The notes beneath the pieces are model-generated. The model was not told the origin of the DNA and did not search any database. It worked only from the letters and a program-made list of their open reading frames with translations. Both the position numbers and the translations under genes were made by a program. From an uncultured Actinomycetota bacterium (GTDB lineage Bacteria > Actinomycetota > Actinomycetes > JAHEKZ01), in contig CAVURN010000001.1 in assembly GCA_963743915.1 (NCBI GenBank), forward strand, positions 608,001 through 672,000: a stretch of 64,000 nt of DNA, in the 5' to 3' direction. This document shows positions 13,224 through 23,118 of the stretch, one piece after another (position 1 is the first letter of the stretch; each line of letters opens with the position of its first letter).

Positions 13224-14348
13224 ATGGCGATGATCACCAACCTCACGTCCGAACCCTCCGCCCTGGTCGTGACCTGGGACGACGGCGTCACCACCACGTA
13301 CCCGTGGGTATGGCTCCGCGACCATGCCCACGACGAGGAGACGTTCCACCCGGTCACGATGCAGCGGAACATCCACACGGCATCGATCGACCCGGACATC
13401 TCCGCCTCGGAGGTGACGATCGCCGACGGGGACGTGACCATCACCTGGCGGGCGGGTGACAGCTCGTCGCTTCCTGTCCATTTCCTCGCGCAGTACCGCA
13501 CGCCGGGCACCGCGTCGGTGTCGCTCGACATCGAGCCGGTGCTGTGGGACGCGTCGACGATCGGCGAGGGACCGCGTACCGCCTACGACGCGATCATGAG
13601 CTCCGAGGAGGGCATGCTCGAGTGGCTGACCAACCTCATGACCTATGGTTTCGGGCTGGCGGTCGGGGTGCCGGCCACCGGTGAGGCGACCAAGGAGCTG
13701 CTCGAGAAGATCGCCTACATCCGTCGCTCGATCTTCGGCGGCTTCTGGGAGTTCGAGGCGGACATGAGCAAGGCCGACACGGCCTACACCAACATCGAGC
13801 TGCTCTCCCACACCGACTCCACCTACTGCAACGACGCTCCGGTCCAGCTGCTGCACTGCCTCTACTTCGAGGGAACCGGCGGCGAGTCGACCATCGCCGA
13901 CAGCTTCCGCGTGGCAGAAGAGCTCAAGAAGGAGAACCCTCGGCACTACGAGGTCCTCTCCACGGTCCTGGTGCCTGGCCAGTACATCGGCGACGGCGCG
14001 CACCTCATGGCGATGCGTCCGTTGCTGCGCCACGACCACGAAGGCCGGCTCGTCCAGGTGTCGTTCAACAACGCCGACCGGGCGCCGTTCCTGCTGCCCG
14101 CCGACGAGATGATCGAGTTCTACGACGCGCTGCGCGCGTTCGACCGGCTCTCCAACGAGCACCGCCTCCAGTGGCGTCACCAGCTGAAGCCGGGCGAGGC
14201 GATGATCTTCGACAACTGGCGGGTCATGCACGGTCGGGCGTCGTACTCCGGTGGTCGCAAGCTGTGCGGTGCCTACCTCAACCACGAGGACGTCGAGAGC
14301 CGGATCCGGATGGCCCGGGCCGCGCTCAAGGCCGGCGCCGCAGTCTGA
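13224..14348 (+). CDS. Fe(II)/2-oxoglutarate dioxygenase, trimethyllysine/gamma-butyrobetaine dioxygenase family (GBBH-like N-domain + TauD domain)
   Basis: WLRDH N-domain, DTAYT...HTD Fe ligands, GTGGE, DNWRVMHGR, RKLCGAYL; tagcat -10 six nt before ATG (leaderless). Confidence 0.85.
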   Translation: MAMITNLTSEPSALVVTWDDGVTTTYPWVWLRDHAHDEETFHPVTMQRNIHTASIDPDISASEVTIADGDVTITWRAGDSSSLPVHFLAQYRTPGTASVSLDIEPVLWDASTIGEGPRTAYDAIMSSEEGMLEWLTNLMTYGFGLAVGVPATGEATKELLEKIAYIRRSIFGGFWEFEADMSKADTAYTNIELLSHTDSTYCNDAPVQLLHCLYFEGTGGESTIADSFRVAEELKKENPRHYEVLSTVLVPGQYIGDGAHLMAMRPLLRHDHEGRLVQVSFNNADRAPFLLPADEMIEFYDALRAFDRLSNEHRLQWRHQLKPGEAMIFDNWRVMHGRASYSGGRKLCGAYLNHEDVESRIRMARAALKAGAAV

Positions 14349-14354
14349 TCCGCC

Positions 14355-14936
14355 TCATCGGTCGCCGCCGGGCTTCCACAGCACGTCCCCGCTGCCGCCG
14401 TGCGCCGGCAGGTTGGCGACCCGGCTCAGGATGAAGAGCAGGTCGCTGAGCCGGTTCAGGTAGGTCGCGGTCAGCAGACTCATGTCGTCGTGCTCCGCCA
14501 GGGCCGCCCAGGTGCTGCGCTCGGCCCGCCGGACGACGGTGCGCGCCACGTGCAGCTGGGACGCCGCCACGGTCCCCCCGGGCAGCACGAAGGAGCGGAG
14601 TGCGTCGAGCTGCTCGTTGTAGGTGTCGCACGCGGCCTCGAGCCGGTCGACGTACTGCTGCTCGACCCGGAGGGGAGGGAACTCGGGAGCCTCGACGACC
14701 GGCGTGCAGAGGTCTGCGCCGACATCGAACAGGTCGTTCTGGATCCGCGTGAGCAGAGCGAGGAGCTCGTCGGGGATCCCGCCCGACGCCACCACGACGC
14801 CGATGGCGCAGTTCGCCTCGTCCACGTCCGCGTACGCGACCAGTCTCAGGTCGTTCTTGCTGACCCGGCTCATGTCGCCCAGCGCGGTCGTGCCGTCATC
14901 GCCGGTACGGGTGTAGATGCGGGTGAGGTTGACCAT
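14355..14936 (-). CDS. cob(I)yrinic acid a,c-diamide adenosyltransferase (PduO type)
   Basis: [45 protein letters not shown]. Confidence 0.95.
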   Translation of the reverse strand: MVNLTRIYTRTGDDGTTALGDMSRVSKNDLRLVAYADVDEANCAIGVVVASGGIPDELLALLTRIQNDLFDVGADLCTPVVEAPEFPPLRVEQQYVDRLEAACDTYNEQLDALRSFVLPGGTVAASQLHVARTVVRRAERSTWAALAEHDDMSLLTATYLNRLSDLLFILSRVANLPAHGGSGDVLWKPGGDR

Positions 14937-14972
14937 GACGGCCAGCCTACGGGCACCGCCTACCATGGTCGC

Positions 14973-16274
14973 GTGGAGACCGTCCCGACGCAGCGCCCCC
15001 AGCGCTTCCGCGTCATCGGAGGTGGTCGGCTCGACGGCGAGGTCCGGGTGACCGGGGCCAAGAACTCGGTTCTGAAGCTCATGGCCGCTTCGCTGCTCGC
15101 CACCGGCACGAGCACGCTCACCGAGGTCCCCGACATCCTCGACGTCGCCATCATGTCCGAGCTGCTCCGCCGTCTGGGGTGCGACGTGCAGCACGACCAC
15201 GACGCGGCGAGCGTCACGATCACCGTGCCCGAGCAGCTCCACCATCGAGCCGACTACGACCTCGTACGCCGCATGCGCGCGTCCATCGCCGTGCTCGGTC
15301 CGCTGCTGGCGCGCACCGGCGAGGCGGATGTGGCGCTGCCGGGCGGTGACGCCATCGGTTCCCGCCCACTCGACCTGCACATCTCCGGACTCGTCAAGCT
15401 CGGAGCCACGATCGAGAACGAGCACGGCTTCATCATCGCCAAGGCCAAGCAGCTGACGGGTGCGACGATCTGGCTCGACTTCCCGAGCGTCGGCGCCACC
15501 GAGAACCTGCTCATGGCGGCCGTGCTCGCCGACGGGCGCACCGAGATCGACAACGCCGCGCGCGAGCCGGAGATCGTGGACCTGTGCCACATGCTGCAGG
15601 AGATGGGGGCGTCCATCTCGGGCGCGGGCAGCTCGACGCTGGTGATCGACGGGGTGGATGCGCTGCGTCCGGTCAACCACAAGACCGTCTCGGACCGGAT
15701 CGTCGCCGGCACCTGGGCGATGGCTGCCGCGATGACGCGCGGAGACGTCACCGTGCACAACGCCGACCCCGGACACCTCGAGATCGCGCTCGACAAGCTC
15801 GTCACGGTCGGGGCCACCGTCGACCGGACGGCCGACGGCTTCCGCGTCATGATGGACCGCCAGCCCACGGCTGTTGACGCGGTGACCCTTCCGTACCCGG
15901 GTTTTCCGACCGACCTGCTCCCGCTCGCACTCGCGCTGAACGCGGTGGCGCAGGGCACGGCGATGGTCACCGAGAACGTCTACGAGTCACGGTTCTCCTT
16001 CGTCAACGAGCTCGCGCGCCTGGGGGCAGACATCCGCACCGACGGACACCACGCCGTCGTCCGTGGTCGGCCCGCGCTGTCCGGCGCGCCGGTGACGACC
16101 CCGGACATCCGGGCCGGTGCCGGACTCGTGGTGGCGGGGCTGGTCGCGGAGGGTGAGACCCTGGTCAGCGCCATCCATCACATCGACCGCGGATACCCCC
16201 GCTTCGACGAGCAGCTTCGCTCACTGGGCGCCGACGTGGTGCGCGAGGACGACCCGGACAGCGGCTTCGGCTGA
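14973..16274 (+). CDS. murA: UDP-N-acetylglucosamine 1-carboxyvinyltransferase
   Basis: [20 protein letters not shown] (Asp at the fosfomycin-target Cys), PGFPTD, DIRAG, HIDRGY. Confidence 0.97.
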   Translation: METVPTQRPQRFRVIGGGRLDGEVRVTGAKNSVLKLMAASLLATGTSTLTEVPDILDVAIMSELLRRLGCDVQHDHDAASVTITVPEQLHHRADYDLVRRMRASIAVLGPLLARTGEADVALPGGDAIGSRPLDLHISGLVKLGATIENEHGFIIAKAKQLTGATIWLDFPSVGATENLLMAAVLADGRTEIDNAAREPEIVDLCHMLQEMGASISGAGSSTLVIDGVDALRPVNHKTVSDRIVAGTWAMAAAMTRGDVTVHNADPGHLEIALDKLVTVGATVDRTADGFRVMMDRQPTAVDAVTLPYPGFPTDLLPLALALNAVAQGTAMVTENVYESRFSFVNELARLGADIRTDGHHAVVRGRPALSGAPVTTPDIRAGAGLVVAGLVAEGETLVSAIHHIDRGYPRFDEQLRSLGADVVREDDPDSGFG

Positions 16275-16286
16275 GCGCAGCACGGG

Positions 16287-16613
16287 TCAGGGGGCGCCGG
16301 CGACGATCGCCTCGGCCTCGACGCGGTCCGCCGGCCAGACCATGACGCGGGGACCGTCGTTGGTCATCGCGACGGTGGCCCTGATGCCCGCGTCGTCCAG
16401 CCGTTGCCTGATCAGCTCAGCCTCGATGTAGGTACCCGGAGCCGCGACCGCGTCGAGCAGTCCGTACTCGTCGGGGTCGCCCGGGAGCGGCGGCCGCTCG
16501 ACGACCGATCCGCCTGAGCCGAACGCCCACCGGAGGAGCAGCATGAGGACGCCGATGGCCAGCAGGGCGACCAGCGGCCCGTAGACGTAGGAGTAGCTGC
16601 CCCAGGACGGCAT
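16287..16613 (-). CDS. conserved actinobacterial small membrane protein
   Basis: One TM, then PDEYGLL and LDDAGIRAT; good codon bias. Confidence 0.65.
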   Translation of the reverse strand: MPSWGSYSYVYGPLVALLAIGVLMLLLRWAFGSGGSVVERPPLPGDPDEYGLLDAVAAPGTYIEAELIRQRLDDAGIRATVAMTNDGPRVMVWPADRVEAEAIVAGAP

Positions 16614-16701
16614 GGTCCGATTCTGCGCCCCGGGACGGCCGGGCGCCAGCGCACGGGAGCCCGCGGGCTAGCCTGCTCCCGGTCGAGGGAGAGGAGACCC
16701 G

Positions 16702-17556
16702 GTGAGCGACGGACGAGCAGGTGCGGTCGGGGTGGTGGGCGCGGGCCTGATGGGCTCGGGGATCGCCCAGGTCGCCGCACAGGCCGGCTACGAGGTGCAC
16801 CTGTACGACGTGAACCAGCAGGCGCTGGACCGCGGCCGGGACGGCATCGCCTCGTCGCTGGCCAGGCTCGCCGACAAGGGACGCGTCGCCGACCCCGAGT
16901 CGGTGCTGGCGCGCATCCGCACGACCACCGATCTCGGCGCCATGGCCGACACCGCGATCTGCGTCGAGGCCGTCTACGAGAAGCTCGAGGTCAAGCAGGA
17001 CGTCTTCCGCGCGCTGGACGCGGTGACGACGGCGAGTACGGTGCTGGCCACGAACACGTCGGCGCTGCCCATCACGCAGCTGGCCGCGGTGACCGGTCGG
17101 CCGGACCGCGTCGTGGGAACGCACTTCTTCTCACCGGTGCCGATGATGGAGCTCTGTGAGCTCGTGCGTGGCTACCACACGTCGGACCAGACCTTGGCCA
17201 TCGCGCGCGACTTCGCCGAGAACGCCGGAAAGACCTGCGTGGTCGTCAACCGGGACGTGGCGGGTTTCGTCACCACGCGCCTGATCGCCGCTCTGGTCGT
17301 GGAGGCTGCTCGGCTCGTCGAGTCCGGAGTCGCCACGGCCGAGGACGTCGACACCGCCTGCCGCCTCGGTTTCGGGCACGCCATGGGGCCGCTGGAGACG
17401 ATGGATCTCGTGGGCATCGATGTCATGGTCGACGCGGCCGACAACATCGCTGCCGAGACACCGGGTGACACGTTCGCCGTCCCTGGCCTCCTGCGCCGGA
17501 TGGTGGCGGCGGGTGCCCTCGGGCGGAAGACGGCCCAAGGCTTCTACCCCTACTGA
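16702..17556 (+). CDS. 3-hydroxybutyryl/3-hydroxyacyl-CoA dehydrogenase
   Basis: GAGLMGSG, EAVYE, ATNTS, HFFSP, GHAMGPL. Confidence 0.93.
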   Translation: MSDGRAGAVGVVGAGLMGSGIAQVAAQAGYEVHLYDVNQQALDRGRDGIASSLARLADKGRVADPESVLARIRTTTDLGAMADTAICVEAVYEKLEVKQDVFRALDAVTTASTVLATNTSALPITQLAAVTGRPDRVVGTHFFSPVPMMELCELVRGYHTSDQTLAIARDFAENAGKTCVVVNRDVAGFVTTRLIAALVVEAARLVESGVATAEDVDTACRLGFGHAMGPLETMDLVGIDVMVDAADNIAAETPGDTFAVPGLLRRMVAAGALGRKTAQGFYPY

Positions 17557-17702
17557 CACCGCGAAGTTCGGCCGCGCCGCGGCGTGTCTGCTCGGCAGTC
17601 CTCACCAGCACCGCTAAGTTGCGGCCACTCGGAGTCCGTCGACGACTTCCCTCCCCGTGCCTCTCGCGTGGGGCGCCGACCGGCCCGGGTGCGGAGGGTT
17701 TG

Positions 17703-18005
17703 ATGCACCCCTATGACGTGTCGCTGCCGTCCCGCGTGGACGCCACGACCTCCGGAGACGTCCGCTATGCCCTGCAGGTGGCACTCGACGCCGTCCATGA
17801 GGGCGATCTGCTCGTCGACGCTGCTGCCGTGATGAGCCTGGACGTGGCCGGTCTCGGTGTCCTGGTGGCGGCGCACCGCAAGGCGCGCCACCGGGGCATC
17901 CGACTGGTCATCTGCAACCCGCAGCCGCGTGTGCTGCGGATCCTCGCGGTGACCCGGCTGCACCGGGTGCTGATCCTCGACCGGACGCAGTCGTTCGCCG
18001 GTTGA
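17703..18005 (+). CDS. STAS domain protein (anti-sigma factor antagonist-like)
   Basis: LLVD...SLDVAGLGVLVAAHR...RILAVTRL STAS pattern; ggaggg RBS. Confidence 0.85.
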   Translation: MHPYDVSLPSRVDATTSGDVRYALQVALDAVHEGDLLVDAAAVMSLDVAGLGVLVAAHRKARHRGIRLVICNPQPRVLRILAVTRLHRVLILDRTQSFAG

Positions 18006-18070
18006 CCGTCTGAGCGGGACGGCGTCCCGCTAGGCTGGCGCTGTTCCACCGGGACCTCTTGGAGGCTTGG

Positions 18071-20128
18071 ATGGCCGGCCCATCATCGGACACGCCCTCG
18101 GACGCGTCGTCGCGTCCGCACACGGAGCGACCTCCACGCGACCGCCCCTGGGTGATGCGTACCTACGCAGGACACTCGTCCGCCCGCGCGTCCAACGAGC
18201 TGTTCCGCACGAACCTGACCAAGGGTCAGACCGGACTGTCGATCGCCTTCGACCTGCCGACCCAGACGGGATACGACCCCGACCACGACCTCGCACGTGG
18301 CGAGGTGGGCAAGGTCGGGGTCCCCGTCACCCACCTCGGCGACATGCGTGCGCTGCTCGACGGCATCCCGCTCGGCGACATGAACACCTCGATGACCATC
18401 AACGCGACGGCGATGTGGCTCCTTGCGCTCTACATCTCGCTGGCCGAGGAGCAAGGAGTCGACCCGGCAGATCTGCAGGGGACGACGCAGAACGACATCA
18501 TCAAGGAGTACCTGTCGCGGGGGACCTACATCTTCCCTCCTGCGCCCTCACTCCGGCTGATCACCGACATGATCGCCTACACCGTCGCCCACGTCCCGAA
18601 GTGGAACCCGACGAACATCTGCAGCTACCACCTGCAGGAAGCCGGAGCGACACCCGTCCAGGAGCTCGCTTTCTCGCTGAGCACGGCGGTCGCCGTCCTC
18701 GACGCAGTGCGCGACGCCGGGCAGGTTCCGCCCGAGCGGTTCGGGGACGTCGTCCAGCGCATCTCGTTCTTCGTGAACGCCGGCGTCCGGTTCGTCGAGG
18801 AGATGTGCAAGGTACGTGCGTTCTCACAGCTGTGGGACGAGATCACGCGGGAGCGGTACGGCATCACCGATGCCAGGCAGCGGAGGTTCCGCTACGGCGT
18901 GCAGGTGAACTCGCTCGGCCTGACCGAGGCGCAGCCTGAGAACAACGTCGGTCGCATCATGCTCGAGATGCTCGCCGTCACGCTGTCCAAGGACGCCAGG
19001 GCGCGCGCTATCCAGCTGCCCGCGTGGAACGAGGCGCTGGGACTTCCCCGTCCCTGGGACCAGCAGTGGTCGCTGCGGTTGCAGCAGGTCCTGGCCTTCG
19101 AGTCCGACCTGCTCGAGTACCCCGATCTCTTCGAGGGATCCGTCGTCGTCGAGACCAAGGTTGCCGAGCTGGTGTCCGGCGCGCGCTCGGAGATGGCCCG
19201 GATCGAGGAGATGGGCGGCGCGCTGGCCGCCGTCGAGTCGGGATACATGAAGGCCGCCCTCGTGCAGTCGCACGCCGAACGCCGTCGAGGCATCGAGTCC
19301 GGGGAGGACGTCGTCGTCGGGGTGAACCGGTTCACCTCGACCGAGCCCAACCCGCTGCTGGTGGACCTGGACGAGGCGATCATGACGGTCGCCGCCGACG
19401 TGCAGGAGAAGGCTGAGCGGGCTCTCGGGCAGTGGCGCGCGGAGCGGGACGAGGACGCCGTCACCAAGGCGTTGGACGCCTTGAGCGCCGACGCGGCCAG
19501 CGGCGCCAACCTCATGCCGGCCAGCCTTGCCTGCGCGCGGTCCGGCGTCACGACGGGGGAGTGGGCCGACACCCTGCGGGAGGTGTTCGGTGAGTACCGA
19601 GCACCCACGGGCGTGACCGCGTCCGGCGGCTCGTCCGGTACCGGGTCCGCGGTGCGCGATGCGGTGAGCCGGACCGCCGCCGACCTCGGCGGACGGCTGC
19701 GCTTCCTGGTCGGCAAGCCCGGGCTCGACGGCCACTCCAACGGCGCCGAGCAGATCGCGGTGCGGGCGCGGGACGCCGGTTTCGAGGTGGTCTACCAGGG
19801 CATCCGACTGACCCCTGAGCAGATCGTGGCGGCGGCGGTCGAGGAGGACGTCCACGTCGTGGGTCTGTCGGTGCTGTCGGGCTCGCACATGGAGCTCGTT
19901 CCGGGGGTGCTCGACCGGATGCGCTCTGCGGGACTCGAGGACGTCCCGGTCGTCGTGGGGGGGATCATCCCCGAGTCGGACGCCGCCGAGCTGCTGGCGC
20001 AGGGCGCCGCGGCCGTCTTCACGCCGAAGGACTACACGATCGACGACATCATGCTTCGCATCGTCGACGAGATCCGGCGCGCCCACGACCTGCCCCTGCC
20101 GGCATCGGAGGGTGTCCCGGGGTCGTAG
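18071..20128 (+). CDS. meaA: ethylmalonyl-CoA mutase (MeaA/Ecm), B12-dependent
   Basis: PWVMRTYAGH, KEYLSRGTY, QVNSLGL, and the C-terminal B12 motif GLDGHSNGA. Confidence 0.92.
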   Translation: MAGPSSDTPSDASSRPHTERPPRDRPWVMRTYAGHSSARASNELFRTNLTKGQTGLSIAFDLPTQTGYDPDHDLARGEVGKVGVPVTHLGDMRALLDGIPLGDMNTSMTINATAMWLLALYISLAEEQGVDPADLQGTTQNDIIKEYLSRGTYIFPPAPSLRLITDMIAYTVAHVPKWNPTNICSYHLQEAGATPVQELAFSLSTAVAVLDAVRDAGQVPPERFGDVVQRISFFVNAGVRFVEEMCKVRAFSQLWDEITRERYGITDARQRRFRYGVQVNSLGLTEAQPENNVGRIMLEMLAVTLSKDARARAIQLPAWNEALGLPRPWDQQWSLRLQQVLAFESDLLEYPDLFEGSVVVETKVAELVSGARSEMARIEEMGGALAAVESGYMKAALVQSHAERRRGIESGEDVVVGVNRFTSTEPNPLLVDLDEAIMTVAADVQEKAERALGQWRAERDEDAVTKALDALSADAASGANLMPASLACARSGVTTGEWADTLREVFGEYRAPTGVTASGGSSGTGSAVRDAVSRTAADLGGRLRFLVGKPGLDGHSNGAEQIAVRARDAGFEVVYQGIRLTPEQIVAAAVEEDVHVVGLSVLSGSHMELVPGVLDRMRSAGLEDVPVVVGGIIPESDAAELLAQGAAAVFTPKDYTIDDIMLRIVDEIRRAHDLPLPASEGVPGS

Positions 20129-20204
20129 TACCAGCGGACAATGGTGGACTGCACTCGCCGACGGCCAACCTGACGGTGTCCGAACGACACCACAGGAGGC
20201 AGAG

Positions 20205-20603
20205 ATGATGAACACGAGGAACACCGCCATCCGGATCGGCGCCGTCGCGCTTGCCGGTACCGCGCTGCTCGCCACCGCCGGCCCAGCCCTGGCCAACGAC
20301 GCCGACGTCATCCGCCGCGGGGCCTGCTCCGGCTCGAGTGACTGGAAGCTGAAGGCCAGCCCGGAGAACGGCCGGATCGAGGTCGAGGGCGAGGTCGACA
20401 GCAACCGCACCGGCCAGACCTGGAAGTGGCGGATGCTCCACAACGGCACGGTGTCCGCGAGTGGCACGGCGACCACGACCGGTCCCAGCGGCTCCTTCGA
20501 CGTCCGTCGTCTCATGGTGAACCTTGCCGGCACCGACCAGATCGGCTGGCGGGCGCGCAACCCCGCCACCGGCGAGGTCTGCCGCGGTAACCTCAGCTTC
20601 TGA
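20205..20603 (+). CDS. secreted beta-rich hypothetical protein
   Basis: Signal peptide ending PALA; two Cys; aggagg RBS; directly upstream of a two-component system. Confidence 0.75.
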   Translation: MMNTRNTAIRIGAVALAGTALLATAGPALANDADVIRRGACSGSSDWKLKASPENGRIEVEGEVDSNRTGQTWKWRMLHNGTVSASGTATTTGPSGSFDVRRLMVNLAGTDQIGWRARNPATGEVCRGNLSF

Positions 20604-20629
20604 TCGGCCACAGCTCGGAGGAAGCCTGC

Positions 20630-21964
20630 GTGCCGTCCCTCACGCCCACGACTGCACGACCGGTCACCGCACCGGGGTCACGCCCCTGGTGGCAGCGACC
20701 GGTCGTGCAGTTCGTCGCGGTCGGGGTGGTGGTGGCGGTCGTGCTGGCACTGGTCACCGCGTGGTTCGGCGAGCGCATCGCCCGGGACCAGGCCGTGGAT
20801 GACGCGCGCACGACCACCCGGCTGCTCGCCGACACCGTCATCGAGCCGGCGCTGTCGTCCGGTCTGCTGGACACCGAGGCCAGCGACCTCGACAAGTTCG
20901 ACCGGATCGTGCGCAGTCGGGTGCTCGGGTCCGAGATCGTGCGGATCAAGATCTGGGACGCCGACGGCCGCGTCGTGTACTCCGACGAGCCGCGTCTGAT
21001 CGGCAGTGTGTTCCCGTTGGACGGCGAGCAGCTCGACGTCCTCGAGAGGGGTGGCTCGAACGCGGAGGTGTCCGACCTCGCTCGGTCGGAGAACACCTTC
21101 GACCAGCAGCTCGGTCGGGTCCTCGAGGTGTACACCGAGGTGACCGCGCCGAGCGGTGACCGGCTGCTGTTCGAGCTGTACCAGAGCGACGACGACCTGC
21201 AGCAGCGGACTGACGAGCTCTACCGCCTCTTCCGGCCACTCACGGTGGGTGGCCTCCTGGTCTTCCTCCTGCTCACCGTTCCCCTCGTCTGGCTGGTCAG
21301 CCGACGCGCCGACCGTGCTGCGGCCGACCGGGAGCGGCTGCTCGTCATGGCCGCGGAGGCGTCGGACGCCGAGCGGCGCAGGGTGGCGCGCGACCTGCAC
21401 GACGGGGTGGTGCAGGATCTCGCCGGCACGTCGTTCGCGCTCGCCGGCCTCGCCCGCGAGGCGAGGGAGCCGCGGCTCGGCGCGGAGCTGGAGCGCCTCG
21501 CCTCGGCGGTGCGCGGCAGCCTGCTCGGCCTGCGGTCGCTCCTCGTCGAGATCTACCCGCCGCAGCTGGACGCCGAGGGGCTCGGTGCGGCGCTGCAGGA
21601 CCTCGTGGCGCCGGCGCGACAGGCCGGCATCGACGTCGAGCTGCAGGTGGAGGGCGCCGAACGGCTGTCGGACCACACCACCGCGCTCATCTGGCGTACG
21701 GCGCAGGAGTGTGTGCGCAACGCCGTCCGTCACGCCGAGCCGAGTCGGCTGCAGGTCAGCGTGGCCGTCACCGAGCGTCCACCGCGTGCCTCGCTGTCGG
21801 TGGCTGACGACGGACGTGGGTTCGACGCCGATGCGGTGGCGTCGCACGACCGCTTCGGCCTGCGCGGCCTGCGCGACCTCGCGCGCGAGGCGGGGGGCAC
21901 CCTGACGGTCACCTCGCGGCCGGGGGGCGGCACGGTGGTGACCCTGGAGGTGCCGGTCCAGTGA
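20630..21964 (+). CDS. sensor histidine kinase (HisKA_3 type)
   Basis: Two TM helices, ERRRVARDLHDGVVQ, NAVRHA, DDGRGF, GLRGL. Confidence 0.93.
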   Translation: MPSLTPTTARPVTAPGSRPWWQRPVVQFVAVGVVVAVVLALVTAWFGERIARDQAVDDARTTTRLLADTVIEPALSSGLLDTEASDLDKFDRIVRSRVLGSEIVRIKIWDADGRVVYSDEPRLIGSVFPLDGEQLDVLERGGSNAEVSDLARSENTFDQQLGRVLEVYTEVTAPSGDRLLFELYQSDDDLQQRTDELYRLFRPLTVGGLLVFLLLTVPLVWLVSRRADRAAADRERLLVMAAEASDAERRRVARDLHDGVVQDLAGTSFALAGLAREAREPRLGAELERLASAVRGSLLGLRSLLVEIYPPQLDAEGLGAALQDLVAPARQAGIDVELQVEGAERLSDHTTALIWRTAQECVRNAVRHAEPSRLQVSVAVTERPPRASLSVADDGRGFDADAVASHDRFGLRGLRDLAREAGGTLTVTSRPGGGTVVTLEVPVQ

Positions 21965-22587
21965 TCCGGGTTCTGGTGGTGGACGACCACTCGATGGTGC
22001 GCGCCGGGCTGCAGCAGCTGCTGGGCAGCGCGTCGGACATCGAGGTGCTCGGGCTCGCGGGGAACGGCGCCGAGGCGGTGCAGCTCGCCGAGCAGCTGCG
22101 ACCCGACGTCGTCCTCATGGACCTGCAGATGCCGGTCAAGGACGGCGTCGCCGCCACCGCGGAGATCCGTGCCCTGCTGCCCGAGGCACAGGTGGTGATC
22201 CTCACCTCCTTCTCCGACCGTGACCGGATCGTCGGAGCCATCGACGCCGGTGCCGTCGGGTACCTGCTCAAGGACGCGTCACCGGACGAGCTGCTCGCCG
22301 GCGTGCGGGCGGCGTCCCGCGGGGAGTCGCCGCTGCACCCGCGGGCCGCCCGTGAGCTGCTCTCCGCGCGGACCGACGCGGCGTCCAAGCCGGTCGTGGA
22401 GCTGACGGCGCGCGAGACCGAGGTGCTGGGGCTGGTACGTCAGGGATTGTCGAACAAGCAGATCGCCCGACGCCTCGGGATCACCGAGCGCACGGTGAAG
22501 GCGCACCTGACGTCGTGCTTCCAGCGGATCGGCGTGCTGGACCGGACGCAGGCCGCCGTGTGGGCCGAGCGCCACGGGGTCGGCTGA
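21961..22587 (+). CDS. NarL/LuxR family response regulator
   Basis: VVDDH, VLMDLQMP, GYLLKD, LTARE...GLSNKQIA...TVKAH. Confidence 0.95.
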   Translation: MIRVLVVDDHSMVRAGLQQLLGSASDIEVLGLAGNGAEAVQLAEQLRPDVVLMDLQMPVKDGVAATAEIRALLPEAQVVILTSFSDRDRIVGAIDAGAVGYLLKDASPDELLAGVRAASRGESPLHPRAARELLSARTDAASKPVVELTARETEVLGLVRQGLSNKQIARRLGITERTVKAHLTSCFQRIGVLDRTQAAVWAERHGVG

Positions 22588-22603
22588 CGTTTCCGCCCGA
22601 TCG

Positions 22604-22661
22604 CTACGCCAGACCGCCACGGTCACGCCGCAGGACGGGGCATCGTGGCGCCCTGGCGTAG
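22604..22661. terminator. hairpin between convergent genes (probable bidirectional terminator)
   Basis: ctacgccagaccgccacggt (22604-22623) matches the reverse complement of 22642-22661 at 17/20. Confidence 0.65.
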
Positions 22662-22664
22662 AAA

Positions 22665-23063
22665 TCAGGTGCCGGGCGGAGGGACGTCGTAGGCGGATCC
22701 CCCGGCGACCGGCGGGTCGACGGGAGGTGCCGACGGCGCTGCCGGCGGGGGCGTGGGAGCCGGGGGTGGTGTCGGAGCCGGCGGCGGGGCAGCGGGCGCC
22801 TCATCCTCGGCTCCGGGGAATCCGTCGGTGCCGTTCTCGGTGACGAACTGGTCGACGGCCTGCAGCGCGGTGTCGACGTCGGCGCGAGAACCGCCGGAGC
22901 GCTGCTCGGCGTAGAACGCCGCGCCCAGGGCGGCGAGCAGCTTGCCGGCCTCACGCTTGGCCTGCGCCTCGTCGAGCTTGGCCTGCCCGGTCTCGACGCC
23001 CTTCTTGGCCTCGTCGAGCGCCTGCTGCGCGACCTGCTTTGCCTTGTCCAGGAATCCAGCCAT
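22665..23063 (-). CDS. hypothetical protein (helical N-terminus, Pro-rich tail)
   Basis: MAGFLDKAK start; strong GC3 bias. Confidence 0.75.
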   Translation of the reverse strand: MAGFLDKAKQVAQQALDEAKKGVETGQAKLDEAQAKREAGKLLAALGAAFYAEQRSGGSRADVDTALQAVDQFVTENGTDGFPGAEDEAPAAPPPAPTPPPAPTPPPAAPSAPPVDPPVAGGSAYDVPPPGT

Positions 23064-23118
23064 GGGTCCACCCTACGACGACGTGCCCCGCGGTTCGGCT
23101 GCTGCCAACCCTGACAGC

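Noticed and set aside
15340-15372. MurA Cys-to-Asp change (fosfomycin insensitivity)
   Set aside because: Known common actinobacterial trait, not novel
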